Part shown: in pieces, positions 10,949 through 25,200 of the stretch
Position numbering within the stretch: position 1 is the stretch's first letter
Layout of the letters: each line of letters begins with the position of its first letter
Assembly: GCF_018977255.1 (NCBI RefSeq)
Contig: NW_024705337.1
Location: forward strand, 1 to 53,492
Origin: Callorhinchus milii
Taxonomy: Eukaryota
Direction of reading: 5' to 3'
DNA: 53,492 nucleotides
Made by a program: the position numbers and the translations under genes
Notes under the pieces: generated by a model
Database searches by the model: none
Seen by the model: only the letters and a program-made list of their open reading frames with translations
What the model was told of the DNA's origin: nothing

Positions 10949-11797
10949 CTAAAACGAGGGTGCACCCGGCATATGGTGCTGATATCATAACAGCCTGAAA
11001 TGTCCAGAATAATACCGTGTTTTATTTCGTCTGCCATCAGCTCATTCAATTTACCGTTCCTTGGCTCGGCGCACACGGGCCATCTATCTCATTTGTAATT
11101 GTAATGGCATGTGACCTCCCATTGCCGCGCGAGCCACACCACAGGGTAAATGGAATTTTACATCCCAGCTGTTCGGCTTAGCAAATAATGGAGATTTCAA
11201 CAGTAAATTATACAGGTGAGTGTACGCGTGTGCGCGTGTGCGCGTGTGCGCGTGTATGCTAGTGGATAGGGTGGACACGCAATAGCTCACTGCGATACAA
11301 ACCTTGTGACCTCAAAATTCGATACCTGGTTAACATTGGTGGCACGTGATGTCTGAACCCGTGCTTGGGGCTTCCCTAGATTGACTCAGCCTTCAAAGAC
11401 TTGGTGGTGCAGTTGGTAAATATCATCATGGGTAGACAAAGGTTGACGTGCTGGCCCTTAATCGGCACTTGCTGACAGCTCTGGTCCCCGCGGTCTGTAA
11501 AAGGCGACACGGGGAGAGATCTTCCCTCTTGTGTATCTGCGTTTGCAGGTATTACCATCACGTTTTGCGGAATGTATTAGTTTTATCCGCAAGTTTTTAG
11601 CGGAAAATTCATCTGCGTATTCGTTTGCTTTTCCCCCTCGACGGATGTGCGGAGTGAAATCGAAGAAATAATATCGGCGAAAATTGGTCCTTTGCATCCC
11701 CAACGATACGAGGAGCCACCCTGCACTGCACTCCTTATTTGTGTTGCTGTTCTTGTTGTTCATGTATTGTCTTGGAAGGCAAATTAATAGGAATACA

Positions 11798-12060
11798 AAT
11801 TCTAGATTTGAAGCTTTCGTGACTGCAAGGATTCATATTCTTAGTTTTTTCGGTAAAGTCACGTAGGTAAAAAAAATTAAAATTAATAAAGTAAAATAAA
11901 AAGAAAATAAAAATCACGACGTTTCGGAGGCAACACAAGCTTCCGTCTTCAGGTGGAACCGTCACAGCACGAAACGCCGTGATTTTTATTTTATTTTTAT
12001 TTTACTTTATTAATTTTAATTTTTTACCTACGTGACTTTACCGAAAAAAACCTAAGAATA
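11798..12060. mobile_element. Penelope-like fold-back element, family 1
   Basis: Left arm with full tail (ttctagatttgaagctttcgtgac), right arm short; imperfect TSD aataggaa(t/g)a(c/a)aaat starting at 11786 and 12057. Confidence 0.85.
11914..11956 (-). ncRNA. Minimal type I hammerhead ribozyme (intact core)
   Basis: Reverse complement ccac CTGAAGA c ggaagc ttgtgtt gcctcc GAAA cGTC gtga; stem II 5/6 paired. Confidence 0.7.
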
Positions 12061-12929
12061 GGAAGAAAAATATTAACTACTGTATTTACAATCTGTTGCA
12101 TGGATTAGGACCTGCCCATGTCATTTCGGTCATGGGAGTGTTTTTTACTTTATTTCACCGCATTGGTCAGTGGAGATTGGTGGAGGGAGGGCCCAGGACA
12201 GCTTCAGGGATCACTCACCGCTGCTGTTAGGTGTGGGGCAGCCATCAAACTCGAGTTGTAGGTATGTTGAACTTCTTTAACACCGTACGTAGCCAACCAT
12301 GCTCATCCGGTTTATAGTACATCACGCTAACTGCTGTACAAAAGCTCCTTCGGTACGTGTACAGCTAATATTCCTGATGTGTGTGATTGTAACCATTACC
12401 AAGATGAGTAGGTGAAGTATAATACATCCTGAAAATTAAGGCCCCTTTTTGTATCAAGAACAACCCGAGTGGGCGTACTATAATTGCTGTTTAAACATCA
12501 CTCGTGTTTGCGTGCCCTGTGTGTTTTGACTTACGCACTGAGTGAACTCAACGTCTGTTCACGGAATCTCTCGGCGCTGATCCTTATAATTAGACATCGC
12601 ATTTTGGCACGGCTTTGAGTAAAGTTGACTTTGTCAAATTATTCCCCGTTAAATTTGTCTGTGCTTAATGGCGCGTAGCTCCACCTTAAAGATGCCATTA
12701 CTTAAAGCTAACACTTCATGCTCACGTCATAAATTACACTGCCCTCGCATGCTGGTTTTGTGTCGGAAAAAAAGTTAAGTTGGTGGAATAGTAATTGGAC
12801 TTACTTCGCCGAGCTGGCCAAAGGCATACACATTGCCTAACCCCGGCGTGTGTCCATCACAAAAGTCTCCCTGCTCAAATGGGTAATGAGCAGGGGAATT
12901 TTCTCCATGTGGTTGACCTAGGCCCATTG

Positions 12930-13167
12930 GACTCTTCTTCTGTCACGTAGAGGGAAATAATATAACTAATACAATTCTCACACGTTTCGGCCACAACCAG
13001 CAGCCGTCTCAGGTGAAGAAGGCTGTCGGAGCAGCGTCGCTGCTTGGGTAGCGTCTAGAATTATTATTATGTTGTATTTTTATTATTTTATTATTCCTTC
13101 TACGTGACTTTACCGAAAGAAACAAGAAGATGAATCCCTGCAGTCACGAAAGCTTTAATTCGAAATT
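12930..13167. mobile_element. PLE family 1 fold-back element, deletion-riddled, at the contig end
   Basis: Recognisable inverted arms with many 1-5 nt deletions relative to 4447-4933; ends at the family tail gaaagctttaattcgaaatt next to the gap. Confidence 0.75.
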
Positions 13168-13197
13168 NNNNNNNNNNNNNNNNNNNNNNNNNNNNNN
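13168..13197. other. Assembly gap (30 N)
   Basis: Run of n characters. Confidence 1.
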
Positions 13198-13206
13198 GAA
13201 TTAAAG

Positions 13207-16200
13207 TTCGACATCTGCAAGAAGAAGATTATAGTGGCTGACAGGTCACAGTTGGTCTAATTTAGAAGCATCCATTAAGCGCTTGGTCACAAACCTGTAT
13301 TCTAGGCTATTTCCGCGGAACTAGTGGTACCACCTCTAGCGTAGAGCTATCTAGGGTTCGCGTCATGGAAACAGAAGCTATATACGAGGTGCTACGTTCG
13401 GAATGCCAGCGCAAATAGCGTGCCCGCTCGTTAATAAGCAGATTACGATTGTTACTGATCAGGGTGTGGGGGTTTACTCCCTTTACGGCCAGGTATAACT
13501 TTCCATAGGTTGCATCTGTGTGGCGAGGGCATGGACCGTGTTAGGCGGCGGATCTTTAAGGGGCGCGCACTTGAGGCAAGGAGAGGGACCCTAATATGAT
13601 CGAAGGAAACCATCTTGCTCAAGAACGGAATCAGCACCATGCGTAGAAAATCACAATTACGACGTCGCAGCTACGCTGAATTATGATCTGCTGAAACAGT
13701 GTGACACAATCGCCGGGCTCTCTCAAGGCTTACTGGACAACCCGATGACGTCTCCTGGGTGCGCTGTCACCAGTGAATGGGTGTGTATTTACTGCCCAAA
13801 GGTCCTATCAAAGCAGCCTTCAGCCCGATAATTCCATTCGGCTGGGGTTGACCCAATATCGATCATACGAGAATAGGCACTAGGTGCTTTTTGCGATGAC
13901 ATAGTTGAAAGCCCCAAAAATCATACCATTCGGATCCCTAATCCTATAGAGGCAGCCTATCACCTCACATGAGTGCTTGAAAAGAGGTTGAAGCTGGAGT
14001 CAGACAAAGGTTGTAGTACATAAGTGCTATTGACAAGAATTATTGGGTTTATCAACGAGGCTACTTCACTGACCCAGGCGATTCTCGGCGAGCTTACCCA
14101 AAGGGCGCCTATCAGTTTGAGTGCCGAACTATGTGGCACTCAAGATCTCTTGAGCACTTTCATTTAGTACGCGTTCAAGCGGACGAAATACCATTATAGT
14201 CGTCGCTAATGCACGACGTGGGTCATCTCACTAAGGAGCATGTGAAACTGAGCGCAGTACATTTCATTGAGGCTGGCAAGAGTCGAGAAACTAGTACCAG
14301 CTATACAATCACATCGTGGACCTAAGATGAGAGATCATGCCTTCCTTCTACTAGGAGTTCCAATGGCCAATGTGATCGCTGGCCTGAGCACCCCTGCGCC
14401 GTATTGTACCGTTTCGATTCGAACCTTCAGAACTCAGTGACGGCGGAGTGCACATGGAAGCCAAAATTGCACGATGAGGCGCCATGTTTTGCGCTTGCTT
14501 AAGACTGACAGTGGATTGCTCGTCTGCACTGACGATAAGGCCGCTCTTTTCGAAGGTTCGTGTCCTACCAGTATCCCACTCTCCACGTAAGAATATAAAA
14601 TATGTGACCTCCCTACCACGGTTTTGCCGACGTGCCGAGGAATCCGTCAAGCAATTTTACGTAGGTAACCCGGCACCACCCCAGTTATTCAGACTTAAGG
14701 CTAACCTATGGCCGTGAACACCACTCGAGTTCATATAAACTGCAATAGTCCGTTACATCTGTCGGTGCTAGGGTTTGGAAACAACGTGGATGTCGCCGTG
14801 AATCGATATAAAGTGATCCTAATAGCCTTAGGCATGGCATGAAGACATACGTGAGCCAAGACTATCCCGGACCTTACGACCCAGGGACTAATTAGCGGCT
14901 ATTGGCCGGACAGGACCCACATCTCGGTGAGATGGTCCAAGACTTATTTGTTTTGATTGTAGGGAATACACGATCAACACGGCTTTCCCATCCACAAGCT
15001 GACAATTGGAAAGCGCCTAATTAAGAAAAAACGAAAGAGTAATCAGTGGAGACGTTCTACGTTCTTCACCTGTTCTTGTATCCGAACTTAGCACATACTA
15101 TAGTCTAATCACCTAGCCGGGTACAAATCTCCAGGTGCACTACGTTATAGGACGTGTGGAACTCCCCTCACGATTTGCTTAAACCGGGGGGGCTCAAACG
15201 TCCGGGAGTAGAACTCATTGCGCCTATGCGGGTTGCTTGAAGCTGCAAGGCACACATGCGCGTAAATACGTTAAAAAGGACGAACCAAATAGTCATGAAT
15301 TATGTCTATAAAGTGATTTTTGTAGGCAACGCCACAAACAAAACGTCCATGTACAGGCAACACTTTAGCATTCACGGAGCTTAATCCGCACGCTACCACC
15401 TCGTAATGCAGTGTGCTGAGGAGGGGCAATTAAAGCAACAGGGGAACGTCGCGAATTCTTATAAAACATCTAGGATAGTTTTTCTGCAACAGCACTCTTT
15501 GGTAGAAAATAATTGCGTAGCACAGTTTAGTCTTATTGGTACACCTTTCGGGCCTGGGAAATCCCCTTGTGCAAATAAGACTCTCATGCAAACTCGTGAA
15601 CATTCAAATCATACGACCTGTATGTAATATTTTTGTTAAAAAAGCAGTATGCAATGGTGACCAGCTCCTACGGCTTCTTATTACGTACTAACGTGATTCC
15701 CTGACTCTTCTCAGGGCCCAACTCCGCCCATCTCGTATATTCTTATGTGATTTGTCGTTTCCCCCGGTTTCTAAGACTTTCAGGAGGTGCCTTAGAGTGC
15801 TCCGCGTGAATGGAGACTAAACGTGGGTCCATTGCATCCTTCTGCGGCGTGCAAAAGTTCTCTGCCGTTACGGTGGCACTTTACACACGTCGAATAGGGA
15901 CTTTCACCAGCAGAAGATCAAAGGCCACGCTTCGGAGCCTGCTTGCTGGATTTAATCGAGGGAGGAGGCTACTACCGACGACCGAACTGCTACAGATTCG
16001 GATCCGAGCCGAAATCAAGTTACTGTAGTCGCCTAGCAATATTACGAATGTCTTCGTGGTAGTATATTTCACGTCGGAGAACGCTCGACAAAAGGAGTCC
16101 AGGATACAGTAAGGTCCAGCCCTCTGTCGGTGTCTCTAGCGTAGCTATCGACGGATGGCTAAAAGGAATAAATGAGATTAGCTATTAGTTTCCCTGGAAA

Positions 16201-19200
16201 AGCCTTATGAGCTCGGCCTATATGCCACGCGAATACCTTTGTATAACACGAAGCGCTCCGCCCCGGCAATGTCTCTACTAGGGGCGCTTAATAGACTGAG
16301 GCAACCGACTCCTAGGATCCTAAAGTCACGAAAGCTGTTGTCTGCAAGGCTGCACTCTTTGAGGGTAATTTGAGCGAAGCTCCATCGCGGAGGTATCGCC
16401 ATGTAGACAGACTAAACTTCTCGCCTACGTGCGTCCGGTCACCGTCGCTTACCTCGTAGATTCTATTGGTCTGGTCCAATTCCCCCAATATGTACCGTGC
16501 CTCTGATGTCGTAGGTAGTCAGAAAATGAATTGGGTTCAGGAATTCGATGAATAGTGGGGATCTAGGAATCGAAGGTGATACCAGCACAACCCCCCGCAT
16601 GACGAGCTCCACCTGTGATGCTAGCACTACCGCTTGTCTGATTCAGAGTTCCCATACTCATTGACAAACATTTTCCATTTTACATCTGTTCTCGGCCATT
16701 TGAGTTTTAGTCGGTAAGATTGGCGCCATACGGGTTACGGTCTCATTAGCTTGTTCACACAAATCCTCTGACCTATTCGGCTGCAAGACGACTGATCTAC
16801 CCCACGCCATTACCGTTTGCTGTATTAAGGCTTTAACCACCGTTCTAGTGAATACTATGTGTCAATTGAAAGGCGGCGCGAGCGGGGAACAGGTGGTATA
16901 ACCCGAGGGTCTTTAGTTATGCAACAATTAGGGGAAATGAGTCGGTATGCCCGGAGACTTGGTGACAATCCATAACAAACCGATTTCCTTGCGCCCCTGA
17001 CATCAGCTGTAGCCTAGTACGACATGTTCAGTACGGGGCCTCACTTTACCACGAAAGGGGGCATCACGTCGCGGTGTAATGTAACTGGAAGAATACCGCC
17101 CTCCGTTCGCACTTTGGGTTAGACAGGCATAGACAATTGCGAGCTTGAAAGATGTGGTCGAAAGAGCCACGTTCGAGCGGTCCCGATGAGGACTGTTAGG
17201 CCATTCGGGGGGGGGCTCCCTACACAGATTTCTGTTTCGCATCCGAAAGCGCGGGGTTATAGTTAGGTAGAGACATGGGTTTAACAACCTAAGTCGGCAG
17301 TCGGCCATAATGGGCGTTAGGGCCCCGTACTGAAACCCTTGTGCACCGTTTGATTTAGTCTAGATCTTGTCGCTATAGTTTATGAGCCTCTCTGGGCAAA
17401 CTGACCAAACTAGCTCAATTAGTAGCCGTAGTCTTGCGCGGGAGGAACTTCTAAGCGCTGATCGCGATGGTGCCTGGAGCGTTGTGAGCAGCCGCAGTGG
17501 GCTCTGTTACCCTTAGTGTATCCATCAAGTTCATCCATGGGGGCCCGTGCATGTCTAAAAAGATGAATTCGTAGTTCTTAGCTTGTCCTGTAGGAATACC
17601 CTATCAGTTTCATCTACATCATAGAAGAGATCTTCGAAGCCATGGAGAAAGAGGTGTTTCTTTTTTACGATAGGGCGTGGGACCAGTTTTATGTGCTCGT
17701 AGCTAGATTTTGATATCAATTTCCCTATGTCGACCTAACGGTGACCCTTTAAGGGACAAAGTGGGGATCACGCTGTCTCGTTATCCAGAGTGCTCATAGT
17801 CCACTAATACCTGACCAACTCGAAAAGGGTCACTGAGACGCCATATTCACTCCTGCCCCAATGTAGTACCTGCCTTGCGGTGCTAAAAGAGGAGTCCGCT
17901 CCTATAATTCTCTATCATGATTGCACGTCGACACGAAACTCAGACTGCCACGGCTCCGCTCTATGGGAATATGTTTCAACGTCCGGCTTGTTGCGAATTT
18001 CGAATAGCCATTACAGCTTGATCGAATCTACCTACAAGAGAAATATCTTCTTAAGTATAGGATACATCTAAGCATGAACGCTACAGCGCACTGCTTTCCA
18101 TTGGCGAACAAGAGGGCCGTGATCAATGCTGGTGGGACCCGATTGGCGTCCGTCTTAGAATCAAAGCTCACCTAGCCTGCGAAACCGCCGAGAGCCTACC
18201 CAGCCTCCTATCTAAAGGAGTGCTATCGTGGAACTTGTCCTCTGATGTGAGGTTGATGAAAACACAATGTACTTCGGTCACCGAGCGCCTCACTTTTCAA
18301 CGGGGAGGTGATAACTTCTAACTCCGACTCACTTCTGTTGGACCTATATCTCGATTTATACGCCAGGGACTAGCATCGCTGACTGCCTATAGCTGCACCT
18401 GCCGCGTATACAAGTATTAGAGTGCTCCACGCAGTATCGATTAATCCCAAGCATCGTCACCGAAGTGGATTACAAAAGACCACCTGCCGAAATCATTATT
18501 ACCATGATATCGGCGCGGTTCTGAAGAACACTCGGAAAATTGTAGCCCCCTAGCCTCTCCAGCTTTAAGCCTCAGCGCCCTAGACAACAAGATATCAAGA
18601 AAAATTAACATAGCAAAGGCTACAAAATGCGGCGGGTGCATTGAACTGCTTTGGCTTCATGACGGTTGAGGAGATCTATCGTTAGCAGCCCCTCCACGTA
18701 TCATACGTTTGCTTTTTAACTTCATCACGGTGCCGAGATGCCAAGAGCGTAAGAGTGATGGGCTCACGATTACTATCCGTCTACGCATGTGACATTTGTT
18801 TAGTGAAAGTAAACGTAACAGGGGTCTGATCCGTTTGTGCCCATTGCACAGAACGGAATATCGATATTTCTATGGGGATTAATCATCAGGCAAGCGGCAT
18901 TCATACTCTAGGGAGCTCGGCGGTTTGAGCAATTTCTATCTAAGAATATCGAGACCGGGGGTTACGATCCGGCGCAGATTTGGACAGCCTTATCGTTGGG
19001 AGTGAATTGAGTCCTGGATGGAGAGAGATCCGGACACTCGGGGGGTATAAAGTGGTGCAAAATGTACCGGCGGCCAACGCGGCTGTGATCTGATTTTGAT
19101 AGCGGGAAGTGTTTGATCATTAATGCCGTCACCCCCCTTTGACGGAGAGAGATATTAAGAGCTCAATATACTGGCCTTGGATCGCCGTCAGAGCCGGGTT

Positions 19201-22200
19201 AAGCAGGCCGGCGGGGACGGGGGGGAGCAACCCCGAAGGTTGAGTTTTCGCAATGAACATGCCTACTCTTTCGTATAGGGCGGCCGCCCGTGTCAAAGTG
19301 AACATCCAAGTATAACTGACCGACTAATCTTAGTGCAGCGCGCGCCACCGAACGCTGTTGGATTCGCCTCGTAAAGCCTAAATACATATTGAGAAGCGCC
19401 TGGCGACGCTGGGACCTGGGGAAATTCGCGTGATCTCGTGTGTGTCACTACATAGATGAGATGGTGTTACCTCGGGGTTCTAACCGGGCGGACTGTTTCT
19501 TTGGCGGATCCGTGCCAAATCACGAGCTGGACACAACGGAACCTGGCATGGGCATTCCCCGAAAGAAGAGGGCTCGTAGCGGTGCGGATAGTTCATAGGG
19601 AGTATTGCCTTGCAACGTGTAACTGTCACTGATCAGATTACATGCGCAGGTTATATTTAGGCGGGGTTCGCCAATCGCCGTGGGTCGGCTGTTAACTCAG
19701 CCTAGGCCTTCGGAAACCCTGATATCAAAGGGCGAAGGCTTATTTGGGCGGCAAAGGCCAAATCAATAGTTCGTGGCGATAAAAGGCAGACACATATTAG
19801 GCCTATCCTTGACAACGTTCTCAGTCGTGGCGCTGAAGTCGACGCCATTGGGGTTGCTAGAAAGCGAGTATTGGGTTTTGCCTTTGCAGTATATCGACTA
19901 CGCCTTTCGGTAGGAAGACGAAGCGAATTTGTGACCTGGAAACTGGATCTGGTAAGGGGGTTGATCTAACGTCAGGTTGGTATACTGCAATGACATCGGC
20001 TTGTTAGGAATCATTATGCCCTAGAGAAGGAGGGGGAAGGTCTTGCCTAGACGAACCAAGTGCGCATGGCGCTGATTTGGCAGCCGTCAAGATGAGAAGA
20101 CTCGGCGAAGTTCAGAGTCTTCCATCAACAATTTGATCACATTGGCGACGTTGCATTCACGTGCGGGCAGAATCAAAAACGGTGTCCATTGACGGTTGAA
20201 AGATAAATTGTGCGCTGCGTGCGCCATCCCGACTGAAGCTATAAACAATGTCACGATTTTACCTCGGCTTGCGGTAACTAGGATAGAGAACTTATAATGT
20301 TCGTATAATATAAGATAATCGTTCGCATATAATAGCCGTACATGTGCAGGGGCACACAGGTTTCTCTTCTTACCACTACTGCCTCACTTCCTATCCTGGT
20401 TAAATATAATTCCTTGAATAGGTACGGAAACCCCCAGTCCGACTCTACGGCCCGTGTTAATATCATAAAGTTCGTGCATCCAAGGACAGTGTAAATCCGA
20501 GCCCACGTACGACGTAACTACCGAGTGCCTATGAATAGGATCACCTCGAGTTGACTAGTAACAGAACACTATCCGCCATATAGGCCCGCGATATAGGCGT
20601 TTGGCTGCCACGAGCATTGTCAGAGCTGAAAGAGACTCCGACATGCAAGAATTTTAAGTCGGTTATAGGGGACCCGCCGCTCTATGTCTTCAGCCGCCGT
20701 CTAGGTCTCATACTTATTACTTCTTGGGAACTCGAGCGAAACGTTTCGACGGAGTTGCTGTTCAACGTTGCGGTTCCTTCAAGTCGACGCTGGGCTCTCC
20801 CTTACAGACTTGCTATCCGTAATGAACCTCACATTAATAAAAAAATCTCCACGGGTTAGAAAATGTCATAAGAAACGTGCAGTATACTCACACTAGGCTA
20901 TTGGGTAGGGGTTTCATGGTGATATGTAATGGCTACTTGGTCGGTTTCTTGCGCTGCTAGTGGATCTCGGTCACCAGACCACAAAGAGTTGCGGGTCATC
21001 CCTAAGGCTTTCTCCCGTATGGCCGGGGAGTATGGGTTATGAAGCAAGTACAATAAATACTCGGATTAATCTGGATAATGCACAGGGGAGGTGTCCTATT
21101 CCAAGGGGTTAGTTATCCGCAGAAGCATTGGACTTCTGCCGTGATCCCGGTTCTTGACGCCGTACATGAAGAAATCGGTCCTCATATCACGGATGGCCGT
21201 ATTCACTTGGAAAGAAAGGAGTAGAATGATAACAAAGTGTGCACTTCACCGGTTTTGGAATCACAAGGGGTGGAACATTACAGTTACTCTTTCTGGTATG
21301 ACAGCGGGTGCCGACGCCATTTTCTCACGCAATGGTGCGTATTGATAAAGAATCCGTTAATAATCAAAGGGTGACACGTGTACCGAGGTCCAGTGAGTAT
21401 GCCTCTCGCAACGTCCTACCTAAGTTTTGAGCCACCCCGGACTATGTTATAGATGGCAAATCAGCAGACATAATTGGTCATACAGTCGTCGCCGGCCGGG
21501 GAACTCCTCTATTATGGAGTGTTCACTAGGAGAGCTACTCGGCTGCTCATCAAATAGGACAATCTAGGGACTGCATCATTTGAGTAATTCTTAAATCATC
21601 CTTCTGTCCCAAAGCTCTTTTCGCCGATCATTAACATATGAAGAGTCACACGGTAGTAGATGGAAACTCACACCTTGAGGGACGTATGCTCCCATACTAC
21701 CAAGCCACAACGCCTGGGTCGTTTGAACTTCGGTTAGGGGAACGCTCGGCCAACTAGCCGGCGATTTGAATCGCGACGAAAGACCGGTCGCCCTATGGAG
21801 AAAGTGAACCGACGTCTCATGTTGCACGGTACCTGGATGATAACGTCTTATGGTTGCGTTTTGGCAACGCTACCCCCAGTAGAGCCATTGGTGGTAGCGG
21901 TGTTTACCACAGAAGGTGATCATCAAACTGTATTAGCGAGGGGGTTCATTATACTTGTTACTCATTATAGGGTCACCCTTCGATACGTTCATGAGATGGC
22001 CATGCCGTTACGGTTTTGCCCCAGGCTCGTACTGAACTGACCCAGGGGTATTGACCATAGGCAAAAGGGAGCGGGGACTCGTCAGTAGGCTCAGTAGCAG
22101 ATTTGGCATGGATTGATTTGAACATACACGCGGTCTAAAGCCGGATTCTCCTGGAAGGGCTGCGAGAAGTCTAGATCGCTAGGACGATGCCCTTTAGAAT

Positions 22201-25200
22201 GTTCGGATCTCATTTCTCCGGAGCCCTCTGATTACTCCGCGTAAGCATAAATGGGCCCCTGGATAGGTCTACGAATCTACGGGCTGCGGCACTAGCTTAT
22301 GAAGCCCGGACTCCCCACCTTAAGTTAGAATTTGGACCTAAGCATCTGTTGTACGCATGACATAGCCGCACCATCAATGAGGACCGGATTTAATACGAAC
22401 CCTTCCGGGGGTTGTTGTTGTTTAGAGCTCTTGGCATATTTCTATGCAGATCAGGCCGCCGAATAAAGCCCGTTAATTTGTACCCTAAGTTTCGGTATGA
22501 ATTAGGAGCATACCCTTCGGCGCCTTCATTAGGTGCGGTTACAAGTGGGTAGAAAGCCTCCGTTTGGCCTCTAATGTTACTACCCTCAAGTGATGTTCTC
22601 ATCGCACCGCGGTTTGCCTCCTTACCACAGAAACACAGAGGACACCCCATTTCGATTCGTGTAGTCGAGCGTATTCGGTACGAGAAGATGTTTTGTAATG
22701 TCAGAAGTTATAGATTATACGGATGACAAAGAGAAAGATTCGACCACTATGGTTTGTAACTCCAAAAAAACATCCGCATGCCCGGTCAAGGGGCAGTGAG
22801 TCGTCTGGTAGAGCAATATTCCACTGTCTACCGTACTAGTGCACTATGCCTGTGTGCACGTTGGCCAACCTAACGAGATAGTCTCCGATCTGTGCTCTTT
22901 GCTCGGAAGCATAGTGTGGTCAGAGTCACGATTTGTATGAAGTTAGAGACTAAATCAGGGCACGTACACAATCGGTAATCATTACTCAAGCCCAGACGAC
23001 GACGATATTACAAACTAGCTAACCCCATGGGAGACCGCATGCTATATGCGAATAGGGTCTTCCTGCTACGGCCCGCAGTTAGAGCACACGCCCTGACTTG
23101 TCAGACCCTGTTGAACACTCAGCTGAACGTTACCGGACCGCGACGGATGACCCTCCAACCGTGTGGGCTCAGCATGCTCCATCATAGGTGCCGAGATTGG
23201 TCGGTTATTTAGCCCCCACGTCCATCCCGAGGTTCTCCCGGTTACATGGGAGTATTCAAGCGCCGGGGCGTAATGTAGTAAGGATTGCTAAAGGGCCTTA
23301 ACGCTTCGCGTGCATCTTCAAGCATTCAAGGTTAGGCGCATCTTGCCTAAGACTCGTATAACATATACATGGGCAGGGTTATAGGTCGATCTGACTCCGT
23401 CGACTTCTACTTAACACTAGTACTCTGCCTATGAAAAACTTGCGAAGAATCGACCACGCGCACTGTATTATAAGCGGATGGCTGGGTTTTCCCAGTGATA
23501 CTCTTTCAGGGAAGAAACTTTAGAGACAAAAAAGAGATGAAGACCGCAGTGAAGACGACTTTCAGGATCTCTATTTCGTGTGCCGGATAACCCCATTCGA
23601 GCGTAGGTATAAATAGCCGAGCTTTTTATAAAAGGAACAACAATGCGAGGGCTGCATGGTGATCTTTACTAAAGTCCGATGGCTTTTGCAAAGCACTTCA
23701 AAAACTATCACTCAGGACTAGAATGCCTGTAAGCGGGACTATCTGTGGTGCATCCTGTCCGGGCATAAGAGTCTTGTAGAATGCAGGCAATCCGGGTCCG
23801 GTATAACTGCGTGGTTGCTCACTACCGCGGAAATACGCTCTAACCAACAGAGACAGCCGGTGATTGGTCTAGAAGATGCGATGCACACGTCGGACGATTA
23901 GCACGTATAGTGTATTCTGTGTCAAACTCCGACCTGCTTTACCCACTCGTACAGGAGGTAGCGATAGCGGCTCTCAACTTACGGTGAAACGCGACTATGT
24001 GGGCGCCCGGGAGATCCAGGGAACTGGAACAAGACACGCTTCACTCGAAGAAAGGTGTATTAACGGCTAGCCTGTTGAACTCCCACTACCATGGAGAGCA
24101 CGGCTTTCTGACCAGAACTGCTACAAGGTATCTTGGTTCAGGATGAACTCGACGCTGCAAAGGATAACAGGAGCGAAAGCTATTATTGACGAAGCATACC
24201 GCGATGTGTTGGTCGTTATCGCGTGACTTTTCACCGGCAGGCGCGGATTTTCAATAGACTAAATCCTGGGTTGGAAGCGGCGCGTTACATCGCGAAGTGT
24301 GGATCGTGTTTCAGAATGATGGGTTAAAGTAGTCTCGATAAACTAATATATTTCCCTACCCGCATGTTTTATCTCATAGTGGTGTCAGGGTTTTTGTAGC
24401 TAGCACGGGCCGATGACGGCTAATCCGCGCCGCGACTTGTCCAAACCCTTAGGCAGCTTCTACATCAGTAACGATGAGCCTCTCTAATTTCCTGAAATAT
24501 CGAACTGAGTTGTATGAACTTTTACTCCTTGTCTGCTGTATAGCTACACCTTCCTACTATGCGGGGAAGAAAGCCTCAAGATATCAATACTAATCGACTT
24601 AGTAGGCTGGTTGTGAAATACTCTGGACCACCCCCTAAAATGAGGGCCGAGGAGCGTCGTTCAGTACCTCCTTGATATGTGCAGCAGATTCATTAGGAAA
24701 GGGGATGGCACGCTGGGTGCTGTATTTGTATGCGCTTAGAAGTACGATGCGAGTTTTTTGTTTGGGCATCCCCCATTTCTTGAATTTATACTGCGATCCT
24801 GTTATCTTAAGCTTGTATAACGACTTCAGGTACAATTCGTTAAGTTTAGCAGCGGAATGAGGTCAGGTGACTCAAGGAACTGTAACAGATAACGGTTCTA
24901 CGGAACTTCGCACATTTTCTTACCGGAAAAGCGTCCGGGTTTTAGGTTTCCATGAGTTCATCCAGGTTGTATTACAACTGAGCTGGCAGACCGCGGGCAA
25001 CCCGCTAGAGATCCGGACACGATGTCTGTGCAGCGATACCTCTGCTGGGTGATACAATGATTAGATTGTTTCAAGACGCGATAAAAGCGAAGTGATCCAT
25101 AGGAGGTACTACGTCCTCACGTCCGGCGGTTGCTTTTTCCGCGGACGGGGAGCTTGTGATATTCTGGGTGTTTTAAAACCACGCGTTAGTTCGGTCTTCT

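Larger units (their letters stand above)
1426..12428 (-). pseudogene. Multi-exon spectrin-repeat protein gene (spectrin/nesprin/dystrophin-type repeats), heavily frameshifted; pseudogene or sequence-error-riddled gene
   Basis: Repeated minus-strand acceptor (YAG, often with a pyrimidine tract) and GT donor pairs bracket segments at about 12219-12428, 11326-11494, 10778-10948, ~9725-10279, 8824-9177, ~6555-6785, 6078-6251, ~5450-5691, 3638-3801, 3455-3567, 2542-2917 and 1426-1584. Manual translation with frame switches gives spectrin-repeat-like phrases: ALETTWRKLQARVD/RW..SEDSLKL, HELLNWVFKQ, SDVAQNPRTVSALL/RHN, SLHDIERI/RAEHYELKSSIKNV, NDLVARGNHLASF, NWTKTVSIWQTASSTRLEESV. Family assignment is by motif recognition only. 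Confidence 0.62.

Noticed and set aside
11335..11430. SINE fragment suggested by ttgactcagccttc
   Set aside because: The match is only ~14 nt and the segment is better explained as part of the minus-strand exon candidate 11326-11494.
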